DNA of 20,098 nucleotides from Anaerolineae bacterium (GTDB lineage Bacteria; Chloroflexota; Anaerolineae; JAKLPW01): NCBI GenBank assembly GCA_022013675.1, contig JAKLPW010000312.1, positions 1 to 20,098 of the forward strand, read 5' to 3'. Shown piece by piece: positions 7,439 to 15,112 of this stretch (position 1 is its first letter; each line of letters starts with the position of its first letter). The notes under the pieces were generated by a model. It saw only the letters and a program-made list of their open reading frames with translations, ran no database searches and was not told where the DNA came from. The position numbers and the translations under genes were made by a program.

Positions 7439-7630
7439 ATGTCATTAAGAGAGCACGAGGCGTTAGTGCTACGGGAGTACCGAGGCGTTAGTGCTACGAA
7501 GGATGACAAGGATGACAAGGATGACAACATTATGACCCCTAGCAAGGATGACAAGCAGGATCAATGGTGGGACTCCTCATCCTCTGAGTATGTGGTGGAT
7601 ACCACAATCACGAATGACACGAATGGATGA
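7439..7630 (+). CDS. Possible small acidic repeat peptide (63 aa, KDDKDD repeats). Alternatively this is non-coding repeat DNA.
   Basis: GGAGGG at 7421-7426 lies 8-12 nt before ATG 7435/7439. The ORF overlaps two DNA repeat families and has low complexity. Confidence 0.2.
   Translation: MSLREHEALVLREYRGVSATKDDKDDKDDNIMTPSKDDKQDQWWDSSSSEYVVDTTITNDTNG
7456..7554. repeat. Repeat cluster: an 18-bp direct repeat CGAGGCGTTAGTGCTACG x2 (7456-7473 and 7481-7498), then GGATGACAA x3 tandem (7501-7527) with a 4th copy at 7546-7554.
   Basis: Exact matches read directly from the sequence. The cluster lies about 160-260 bp upstream of the LacI-1 promoter. Confidence 0.7.
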
Positions 7631-7716
7631 ATAAGCGAAGCCTCTGTGTTGGCTCTCTCGTTGGGTCAATGTGTTTGCGTGAACACGCTTTGCGTGCACC
7701 CTCTACCTGAAAAAGC

Positions 7717-7745
7717 TTGACAAGTCCCTAAAACCGTAGTATACT
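7717..7745 (+). promoter_or_regulatory. Sigma70 promoter TTGACA - 17 bp - TATACT for the first LacI-family gene.
   Basis: Perfect -35, a 17-bp spacer and a 5/6 -10. The imperfect palindrome TAGAACGATTTAGTGATTCTA (7753-7773) sits at about +8 to +28, an operator-like position. Confidence 0.55.
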
Positions 7746-7812
7746 GATATAGTAGAACGATTTAGTGATTCTAACTTGACAGGTAGACTATCCAGCCAGA
7801 GGATCAGGTATA

Positions 7813-9003
7813 TTGCTACTCGAAGACCTGCCCATCGAAGATATAGCCCGGCTCTTTGACCGGGATCCGGCTGAAGTCCAACGCGCGTACCAGGAATGGT
7901 TGATCCCTCGGAAGCGTCGCAATCGACCTGTGACGCCCGACATCAAGTTGCTGGCCCTTCTCTCCGGCCTATCCATCGCTTCTATCTCCAACTTCCTGCG
8001 CAACAAGCGCGGGAGTCTGGCCCAAGAGACCTGGAAGCGTTTGGCGCAACTGGTGACACTGGTGAGCTACGTGCCCAGCGGTGCTGCCCGGAGCCTGCGG
8101 GGACGACGGCGAAACGCAGTGGGGGTGGCACTTCCACTTTGCAGCGTCAGCCCCGGGTTCTACCTGGAGACACTGTCGGGCATAAAGCAGGAGGCCGATA
8201 TCCTCGGCTTCCGCATGTTCGTCTTTGACGTGGCCACAGTGGAACAGAGAGACGACTTCTTTGGCAAGATGCCTTTCCTGGACATCGTGGATGGCCTCAT
8301 CGTTGTGGGCCTGTACGTGAGTGAAACGCAGATCCACATACTGGGACGGCGTTCCCTGCCAATAGTGGCCGTCCACAATCGTCTACCCCAGCCCGCAACC
8401 GTGGCCAACATTCTGACCCTCAACGAGCAGTCGCTCCAGGATCTCATCGATCGGCATCTCATCAAGTTTCATGGCTATCGGCGATTGGCACTGGTCACCC
8501 TGGGCACCTCCAATCCGCTGAAAATGGGGGAAACCGGGCAGGGGGATTGGAACCGGGTCGCCCGCGTCGAGGCATACAATGAAGCCCTGCGGATCAACGG
8601 AGTGCCGCTGGATGAACGCCTGGTCTTCGAGGTTGCCGATCATTCTTTCGAAGAGGGCTACAAGGCTTTTGACCGTATCTGCCGGCTGAACGACTCCCTC
8701 CCGCCAGACCAGCGGATCCAGGCCGTCGTCTGCACCTCGGACACATTGGCCGCGGCTGTGCTCACTATGGCCCGGCGAAAAGGGACGGAGATCCCGGTCA
8801 CTGGGTTCGACAACCTCGCCCTGGCCAGCTTACTGGACATCACCACCGTGGATCAGAAGGCCAAGGAGGTTGGCCGTTTGGCCTTCCGACATCTGTACAG
8901 CGCCCTGGTCTACCAGGAACGGGAAGTGTCTCTCCCACCCCTGACGGAAGAGGGGTTCGATATGCAAATGGTGATCCGCCGCTCGTGTGGCTGCTCGCCC
9001 TGA
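7813..9003 (+). CDS. LacI-family transcriptional regulator (HTH plus periplasmic-binding-protein-like sugar-binding domain) with an unusual ~39-aa N-terminal extension. An alternative GTG start at 7930 would give a canonical LacI N-terminus.
   Basis: TTG start with AGAGGA 9 nt upstream. Residues 40-100 (VTPDIKLLALLSGLSIASISNFLRNKRG...AARSLRGRRRNAVGVALP) match the LacI HTH plus linker. The rest is a type-I PBP fold. Confidence 0.8.
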   Translation: MLLEDLPIEDIARLFDRDPAEVQRAYQEWLIPRKRRNRPVTPDIKLLALLSGLSIASISNFLRNKRGSLAQETWKRLAQLVTLVSYVPSGAARSLRGRRRNAVGVALPLCSVSPGFYLETLSGIKQEADILGFRMFVFDVATVEQRDDFFGKMPFLDIVDGLIVVGLYVSETQIHILGRRSLPIVAVHNRLPQPATVANILTLNEQSLQDLIDRHLIKFHGYRRLALVTLGTSNPLKMGETGQGDWNRVARVEAYNEALRINGVPLDERLVFEVADHSFEEGYKAFDRICRLNDSLPPDQRIQAVVCTSDTLAAAVLTMARRKGTEIPVTGFDNLALASLLDITTVDQKAKEVGRLAFRHLYSALVYQEREVSLPPLTEEGFDMQMVIRRSCGCSP

Positions 9004-9143
9004 GCGCAGCCGAAGGGTTCATCCTGAGCATCCGCCGATCAACGCTCGCCAGGGATCGTCAGATCCGGGTACTCTAAGTCTGGCGAGTGGCTTCTTCGTC
9101 ACCTGTTGCTGCAATTTCAACAATCAACCTACGGAAATGATAC

Positions 9144-9172
9144 TTGACATCCGAAACGTTTGGGAGTATAAT
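9144..9172 (+). promoter_or_regulatory. Perfect consensus sigma70 promoter TTGACA - 17 bp - TATAAT for the second LacI gene. Operator-like palindromes CCGAAACGTTTGGG (9151-9164, inside the spacer) and CCCAAGCGTTTTGGG (9183-9197, just after -10) overlap it.
   Basis: Read directly from the sequence. The AAACGTTT core flanked by CCG/GGG resembles LacI-family boxes (RbsR/PurR-like AAACGTTT). Confidence 0.6.
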
Positions 9173-9226
9173 AGAGATGCATCCCAAGCGTTTTGGGAGA
9201 CGTGTCAAAAGGAGACTAGGCCAAAG

Positions 9227-10243
9227 ATGCCAGTCAGGTTGAAGGACATCGCCCAACACTTAGGGATCTCTATCACCACCGTGTCCCGCGCGCTGGGAGG
9301 ATACTCCGACGTCGCCCACGAGACTCGCCAGCGGGTCGAAAAAGCCGCGCTCGAGATGGGCTACTACCCTGACGCCTCCGCCCAAAAGCTCCAGAAGCAG
9401 CGTACCGACACCATCGGCTTCATCATCCCCACCTTCGGCCCTCGTTTTGCCGATCCCTTCTGGAGCGAAGTGCTGGCCGGACTGGGCAACGAAGCATCCC
9501 AGCACGGAATGGACCTCCTGGTCGCCACTAATCCCCCGGGCCCCAGCGAGATCGAGACCTACCAACGGTGGGCCGGCAGCCGTCGCGTGGACGGATTCAT
9601 CCTGGTGCGCACTCGCAGAGACGATGCCCGTATCCGCTATCTCTCCAATTGTGGGGCGCTCTTCGTGGCCTACGGAAGGTCGGAGATGGACGTCGACTTC
9701 CCCTACGTGGGCGTGGACGGGCAGCGAGGGATGTACACGGCGACTCGACATCTCATCGACCTGGGGCATCGCCGCATCGCCTACATCGCCCCTCCGTCCG
9801 AGGCACAGTTCAGCGTTCACCGTCTGGCGGGCATCCAGGAGGCTCTGCAAGAGAACGGGGCGTCACTGCCACCAGAGCTCCACCTGCAGGGAGACCTGAC
9901 CCAGGAGTCGGGCTACCGCGTCACCAAGTGGTTGCTGGCTCTTGACCACTCACCTACTGCCGTCCTGTGCGGCAATGACTTGATGGCCCTAGGGGCTATT
10001 AGCGCCATCCAGGAGACAGGATTGATTGTGGGGCGTGATCTTTCGGTCGTCGGCTTCGACGACATCCCGTGGGCTGCTCATTCCCACCCGTCCCTGACCA
10101 CAGTGCACCAACCCGTGTACGAGATCGGGAGAAGGGTCTGCCGCATGTTGATCCAGCGCATCCGAGGCGAGGATCTCCAGGAGCGACATATCGTTTTGCA
10201 GCCCAAGTTCGTGGTTCGGGAGTCAACAGGCCCTGCGACATAG
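9227..10243 (+). CDS. LacI-family transcriptional regulator (338 aa).
   Basis: The ATG at 9227 (MPVRLKDIAQHLGISITTVSRAL...) is the canonical LacI HTH N-terminus. AAGGAG sits at 9209-9214, and the promoter 55 nt upstream is positioned for this start. The upstream in-frame ORF extension to 8987 overlaps the LacI-1 gene and has no RBS. Confidence 0.88.
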   Translation: MPVRLKDIAQHLGISITTVSRALGGYSDVAHETRQRVEKAALEMGYYPDASAQKLQKQRTDTIGFIIPTFGPRFADPFWSEVLAGLGNEASQHGMDLLVATNPPGPSEIETYQRWAGSRRVDGFILVRTRRDDARIRYLSNCGALFVAYGRSEMDVDFPYVGVDGQRGMYTATRHLIDLGHRRIAYIAPPSEAQFSVHRLAGIQEALQENGASLPPELHLQGDLTQESGYRVTKWLLALDHSPTAVLCGNDLMALGAISAIQETGLIVGRDLSVVGFDDIPWAAHSHPSLTTVHQPVYEIGRRVCRMLIQRIRGEDLQERHIVLQPKFVVRESTGPAT

Positions 10244-10255
10244 CTCAGGAAAGAA

Positions 10256-10359
10256 CTCGGTCGGGAGACCTTCGCTATCAGAGGGGGGAGCCGCTCGGTC
10301 GGGAGACCTTCGCTATCAGGGGTCGGGAGACCTTCGCTATCAGAGGGGGGTCGCGAAGG
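10256..10359. repeat. Triple direct repeat of CTCGG-TCGGGAGACCTTCGCTATCAG-AGGGGGG. The 21-bp cores are at 10261-10281, 10299-10319 and 10323-10343, followed by a CCTTCGC/GCGAAGG hairpin and a T-rich run.
   Basis: Exact 21-bp core x3 with 38- and 24-bp periods. It sits in the 212-bp gap between LacI-2 and the solute-binding-protein gene. Confidence 0.7.
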
Positions 10360-10455
10360 AAAGGAAGGGGGTGGTCGCACGTAGGATTTTCGGTTTTTTG
10401 GTCGCTAGTGTTCTCGGAGCTTCACCTATTTCTCAACCTAAGGAGGAAAGTAGTA

Positions 10456-11829
10456 ATGAAAGGCAACAAGTTCGTATCCGCAGTAGTAGTGCTCGTAGTG
10501 CTGGTAATGGCCCTCACGTCCTGCCAGCCCACGATCGTCAAGGAGACGGTCATCGTCGAGAAGCCGGTCGAGAAGATCGTCGAGAAAGAAGTCGAGAAGA
10601 TCGTCAAAGAGACCGTCGTCGTCGAGAAGGAAGTCGAGAAAGTGGTAGAGAAGATCGTGGAGGTAGCACCCAAGACCCTCGTCTTCACTTCACGCCTCTT
10701 CAGCCCCCCCCGCGAGCAGGAGTTCTTCATCAATGAGATCATCAAGCCCTTTCAGAAAGAACACGGGGTAACGGTGAACTTCCAGATCCTGGACGACAAC
10801 ACGATCTTCGAAAGAGCAGAGCTTCAGACAGCCACCGATCACATCACCACGGACATCATCTGCGCCCACAACGGCAAGATGCCCGATTGGCTCAATGCCG
10901 GGTATGTGGAAGACTTGACCGACGTCATCGCTGGTTGGACAGATCGGACCTTCAGCCCCACTTTCAACTCTGACACCAACAGGGACGGTCACCAGTACTT
11001 CATCCCGGTCGGTGCTGATGTCTATCTGCTGCTCGCCAACAACAAAGCGCTCCCGTATCTGCCCGCTGGCGTAGACATCCAGAACATCACCTGGGAAGAG
11101 TACGCAGCATGGTCCAACGCCATCGCGGAAGGCGAAGGGGAAGGCAAGACCGTCATAACGGGTATCCCGATGAAGTCCTGGGTCTACCAGTTCGGCGGTT
11201 CGGCGCTCTCCTACGGCGCTGGCTTCCCGGATATCAATTCCCCTGAGGCAGTCAAGGCCTGGGAAATCTGGGCCTCCATGGGCGACGCGTTCATTCCGAC
11301 GGTACTCAACGTGGATAACTGCGTTGATCCTATGATGCGAGAAGAAGCATGGCTGACCGTGTTCCATTGCGCTCGTGCCGGCCAGGTCTACGCATCGAAC
11401 GAAACGCAGTTCACGCTGGCGCCAGCTCCCAAGGGCCCCACAGGTATCGGCAGCATAGCAGGCGTCAGCGGCTATGCCATCTTGAAGGGCGCTCCGAACT
11501 ACGACCTGGCTGTCAGCTTCCTCGAGTATATCACCAGGCCGGATAACCAGGTGAAGATTGCCAAGGGTACCGGTGGGTTCATACCCCCAGTGCAAGAAGC
11601 GATCGACTACGTGGGCAACGAAGCCATAGACGAAGTCATCTCCAAGGCCGTCGTGGTGCTCGAGCAGGGCGTCGTCTCTGGCGTACCCGGCTACTTGTAC
11701 CAGGACTGGGGCGCCGTCAAGCAGGTCTATGACGACATCTTCGTGGACATGATCCTGAACGGCGATGGCACGGTGGATCTGGCTATGTTGGATGCCGCCC
11801 AAGCGAAGCTCGATGCTCTGTTGAAGTAG
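10456..11829 (+). CDS. ABC transporter extracellular solute-binding lipoprotein (CUT1 / family-1 sugar-binding protein).
   Basis: AAGGAGGA lies 8 nt before ATG 10456. Signal peptide with lipobox LTSC. A low-complexity (VEKIVEKEVEK)n linker is followed by a ~400-aa SBP-like domain. It is the first gene of the transporter operon. Confidence 0.88.
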   Translation: MKGNKFVSAVVVLVVLVMALTSCQPTIVKETVIVEKPVEKIVEKEVEKIVKETVVVEKEVEKVVEKIVEVAPKTLVFTSRLFSPPREQEFFINEIIKPFQKEHGVTVNFQILDDNTIFERAELQTATDHITTDIICAHNGKMPDWLNAGYVEDLTDVIAGWTDRTFSPTFNSDTNRDGHQYFIPVGADVYLLLANNKALPYLPAGVDIQNITWEEYAAWSNAIAEGEGEGKTVITGIPMKSWVYQFGGSALSYGAGFPDINSPEAVKAWEIWASMGDAFIPTVLNVDNCVDPMMREEAWLTVFHCARAGQVYASNETQFTLAPAPKGPTGIGSIAGVSGYAILKGAPNYDLAVSFLEYITRPDNQVKIAKGTGGFIPPVQEAIDYVGNEAIDEVISKAVVVLEQGVVSGVPGYLYQDWGAVKQVYDDIFVDMILNGDGTVDLAMLDAAQAKLDALLK

Positions 11830-11916
11830 CGACTCACAGTGGGTCGCTGGGCTCTTTGCGGCTCACCAGGCCTCTGGGGCGCAGCAAGCAGCGCCCCTAC
11901 TCTATAGCAGTGCTGA

Positions 11917-11951
11917 CAGAGCCGGGAAGTCCAAGTGGTTTCCCGGCTCTG
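11917..11951 (+). terminator. Intercistronic stem-loop (12-bp stem CAGAGCCGGGAA/TTCCCGGCTCTG, 11-nt loop) followed by TTTCAT. A likely partial terminator or mRNA-stability element between the SBP and permease genes.
   Basis: Perfect inverted repeat. Two more hairpins lie upstream at 11829-11847 and 11876-11897 (GGGGCGC/GCGCCCC). Confidence 0.5.
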
Positions 11952-11986
11952 TTTCATAGCCAACAGCACGAAAGGAGTTGACCAGT

Positions 11987-12916
11987 ATGGCCAGTATAAG
12001 CAGCAACGTGACTGGCAAGGGAGTCTGGAACAAGAAAATGTGGAAGAGAATCGGGGCACAAGCAGTTCCTTACTTATTGGTCATGCCTGTGGTTCTCTAC
12101 TACGCTGCGTTTTGGTTGCGGCCGGTCATCACCTCGGTTCTTGGCGGCCTCACGGATGCCAGTGGCAATTTCACGCTCCAGAATTTCGCGATGGTTTTCA
12201 ACGAGCGCAGTTTCATGCCCGCCCTAGGTAACACAGCGATCATTGTTATCTTTTCGGTTACATTGGAGTTCCTGGGCGCTCTGTTCCTCGCTTTATTGAT
12301 CAACAGGAACTTCGCCGGCTCGGGGCTATTCCTGTTCCTGGCCATGATCCCCATGGCGCTCCCTGCTGCAGCCGCGGGAGCGATGTGGATCACAGGACTG
12401 ACTGCCCACGGGTGGATCAATAGCCTGTTGCATTATCTGGGTTTCTTGGCAGAAGGCAAGAAGATCTACTGGCTGGCGGGCTCCGATCTCGCCATGCTCG
12501 CGCTGATAATCCTGGTGGATGCCTGGCAGGTGATCCCCTCGGTGATGATCATCTTGCTGGCAGGGTTACAGAACATACCAACTGAAATGCAAGAAGCAGG
12601 CTACGTCTTCGGAGGACGCTACCTCACGGTCCTCAGACAGATCACGATGCCGCTGCTCAAGCCCACGATTCAGACAGCCGTGATCCTGAGGTTGATCTCA
12701 GCGATTCAGATCTGGCTCATCGTGGTGCTTCTGCTCGGATTCTCCAGACTGCCCGTCTTGGTCGAAAGGATCGTTTTCTACTTCAAAGAAGTGAGGGGAT
12801 TAGAAATCAGCTACGGAATGGCTTCAGGCTACACGATTGTGGTCTCGGCCATCGTGTCTCTAGCAGCCCTGGCCTATCTACAGGTCTCGGGCGCATTCAA
12901 ACGAGATAGGGAGTAG
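11987..12916 (+). CDS. ABC sugar transporter permease (MalF/UgpA-like, CUT1).
   Basis: The ATG at 11987 has AAGGAG 9 nt upstream; the track ORF starts at a TTG at 11978. Six TM segments and an EAA-like loop. 309 aa. Confidence 0.88.
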   Translation: MASISSNVTGKGVWNKKMWKRIGAQAVPYLLVMPVVLYYAAFWLRPVITSVLGGLTDASGNFTLQNFAMVFNERSFMPALGNTAIIVIFSVTLEFLGALFLALLINRNFAGSGLFLFLAMIPMALPAAAAGAMWITGLTAHGWINSLLHYLGFLAEGKKIYWLAGSDLAMLALIILVDAWQVIPSVMIILLAGLQNIPTEMQEAGYVFGGRYLTVLRQITMPLLKPTIQTAVILRLISAIQIWLIVVLLLGFSRLPVLVERIVFYFKEVRGLEISYGMASGYTIVVSAIVSLAALAYLQVSGAFKRDRE

Positions 12917-12921
12917 CTGCC

Positions 12922-13986
12922 ATGACGAAAAAGAAACACCTAAGCATCCGCAAGGCTGCGCAGAAGACGACGTTCTACATCTTCGTAACCAGTGTGGCTG
13001 TTGCAATGCTGATACCGGTCTACTTCATCGTTTCACTCTCCTTTCTCTCCTCGAGAGAGGCGTATCGCTATCCCCTGCCCCTGACACCCGCCTTCAGCAC
13101 TAAGTTCAAGCTTGAACCCGGCAAGCGCGGCTACCTGCTGAGTGTCTACGACAGAGTAGAGAGCGACTATATGACCGTCTTGGATACCCAAGACCTGAAG
13201 AAGATGTCCATCTACATGAGAGACCAGTTGGGCACGCCTATGACGGTAGAAGAAATCGAGCCCGAGGCCGCAAAGCTCGAAACCCAGGACACGGTCTATT
13301 TCTCCCAAAAAAGAGACGTGCTCGGCAACTATCGGACCTTCTTCAGTGTAGCAGGTTTCGACGCTGTTCCGGCGCTTATCAGAAGCCTTCAGATATGCGC
13401 CCTCACCATACTGATCTCCTTATCCATTGGAGGAATGGCGGGCTATGCTTTTGCGAGGTACACCTTCAAAGGACGGAACTTGCTGAAGTTCAGTGTTCTA
13501 TTCGTGAGGATGTTCCCGGGTGTGGCCATAGCATTACCCATGGTCATTATTCTTGCCAACATAGGGTTCTACGATGAGCCCATCGGACTCGCCTTGGTGT
13601 ACTCCGTGGGTTCCATCGCCCTGACGGTTTGGATCACGGCCAGTATTTTCATGGGAATCCCCGTCTCTCTGGAAGAAGCATCGCAGGTCTTCGGAGCCAC
13701 GAAACTCCAGACGTTCCTGCGCATTACACTGCCACTAGCTATGCCCGGACTGGCCGCCGCGGCTATGTATGCGTTCCTGGGGGCCTGGAATGAAACGGTG
13801 GCCGCGATCATCCTGACCCAGTTCAAGCCCACGTTCTCTGTCGTGGTGTATCAGACAGTCCTTGGCGCCGTCGGGCAGGTGAACCTTGCTGCGGCGGGCG
13901 GGATGGCCATGGCCCTGCCGGCAGTGCTGTTCACGTTTTTCATCCGCAGATACATCAAACAGATGTGGGGCGGGATCACCGTATAA
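12922..13986 (+). CDS. ABC sugar transporter permease (MalG/UgpE-like) with an enlarged first periplasmic loop of about 110 aa.
   Basis: AGGGAG 9 nt upstream. EAA motif LEEASQVFGATKLQTFLRITLPLAMPGL. 354 aa, versus about 280-300 for typical MalG-type permeases. Confidence 0.88.
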   Translation: MTKKKHLSIRKAAQKTTFYIFVTSVAVAMLIPVYFIVSLSFLSSREAYRYPLPLTPAFSTKFKLEPGKRGYLLSVYDRVESDYMTVLDTQDLKKMSIYMRDQLGTPMTVEEIEPEAAKLETQDTVYFSQKRDVLGNYRTFFSVAGFDAVPALIRSLQICALTILISLSIGGMAGYAFARYTFKGRNLLKFSVLFVRMFPGVAIALPMVIILANIGFYDEPIGLALVYSVGSIALTVWITASIFMGIPVSLEEASQVFGATKLQTFLRITLPLAMPGLAAAAMYAFLGAWNETVAAIILTQFKPTFSVVVYQTVLGAVGQVNLAAAGGMAMALPAVLFTFFIRRYIKQMWGGITV

Positions 13987-14001
13987 ATGAAGGAGGAAGC
14001 T

Positions 14002-15087
14002 ATGGCGACCTTGAAACTGAGTAACATCACGAAGCGCTTTGGCAGAAGTATCGTGGCGGTCAACAACATTGACCTGGAAGTGCGTGATGGAGAGTTTCTC
14101 GTCCTTCTGGGCCCGTCGGGCTGCGGGAAAACGACCACCCTGAGAATGATTGCCGGTCTCGAAGAGGTCACCCAGGGAACGATTACCATTGACGGAGTTG
14201 ATGTCACGGATCTGCCGCCCCGCAAGCGGGACGTGAGCATGGTCTTTCAGAACTACGCCGTCTGGCCACACATGACGGTCTATGAGAACATCTCCTACGC
14301 CCTGAAGCTGAAAAAGATGGGTCGGGAGACCATTGACGCCACGGTCAAGGAAGTCACGAGAATGACAAAGATCTCTACCTTGCTCGACCGGTATCCGTCA
14401 CAGCTCTCCGGCGGCCAGCAACAGAGGGTAGCCGTCGCACGCGCAATAGCAGTGAAACCGAAGCTCTTCCTGATGGATGAGCCGCTTTCCAACCTCGATG
14501 CGAAGCTGAGAGTCGCGACGAGAACGGAGTTGAAGGCTATTCATGCGATGACCAAGGCCACGACTGTATTCGTAACCCACGACCAGTCCGAAGCTATGAG
14601 CATGGCTGACCGCATTGTGATCATGAAAGACGGAGAAATCGTACAAACAGGAACACCCGAGGAAGTGTACGACGAAAGTGTGAATCTGTTTGTAGCCAAT
14701 TTCATCGGCACTCCTCCCACGAACTTCATGGATGTGGAGCTGACCATTGAGGACGGCTCTCTCCACCTGATCAATTCCCACCTCAACCTGCAACTGACCG
14801 CCGAGGACGCTGCACGGCTCAAGGACTACGATAAGAAGACGTTGGTCATTGGAATCAGACCCGAGAACATGCTCCTGGCTAGCGCAGAGGATGCAGCGCT
14901 GACAGTACAATGCTTAGTGGCCGAGCCACAAGGCTCACATCAAGTGGTGGCAGTCGAGATGGACGACAGACTGATGAAAATAATCGTCCCCGCTCAACCC
15001 AAGATCAGCGCGGGGGAGACGATTCACCTGGCCTTCAAACCAGGATCGATGCGGTTCTTCGATCCAGAAACCGATCTTAGAATCTGA
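14002..15087 (+). CDS. ABC transporter ATP-binding protein (MalK/MsmK/UgpC family) with a C-terminal TOBE-like regulatory domain.
   Basis: AGGAGGAA ends 3 nt before ATG 14002 (GGAGG core 5 nt before it). Walker A GPSGCGKTT, signature LSGGQQQRVAVARA, Walker B LFLMDEPLSNLD. The track start at 13987 would place the SD inside the coding sequence. Confidence 0.9.
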   Translation: MATLKLSNITKRFGRSIVAVNNIDLEVRDGEFLVLLGPSGCGKTTTLRMIAGLEEVTQGTITIDGVDVTDLPPRKRDVSMVFQNYAVWPHMTVYENISYALKLKKMGRETIDATVKEVTRMTKISTLLDRYPSQLSGGQQQRVAVARAIAVKPKLFLMDEPLSNLDAKLRVATRTELKAIHAMTKATTVFVTHDQSEAMSMADRIVIMKDGEIVQTGTPEEVYDESVNLFVANFIGTPPTNFMDVELTIEDGSLHLINSHLNLQLTAEDAARLKDYDKKTLVIGIRPENMLLASAEDAALTVQCLVAEPQGSHQVVAVEMDDRLMKIIVPAQPKISAGETIHLAFKPGSMRFFDPETDLRI

Positions 15088-15112
15088 CACACAGACACGC
15101 CGGAGGGGCAAC

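Noticed and set aside
8987-9226. An 80-codon N-terminal extension of the LacI-2 ORF (MAARPERS...) overlapping the end of LacI-1.
   Set aside because: The canonical LacI HTH begins exactly at the ATG at 9227, with AAGGAG and a consensus promoter in front. The extension has no RBS and would be transcribed from inside the preceding gene.
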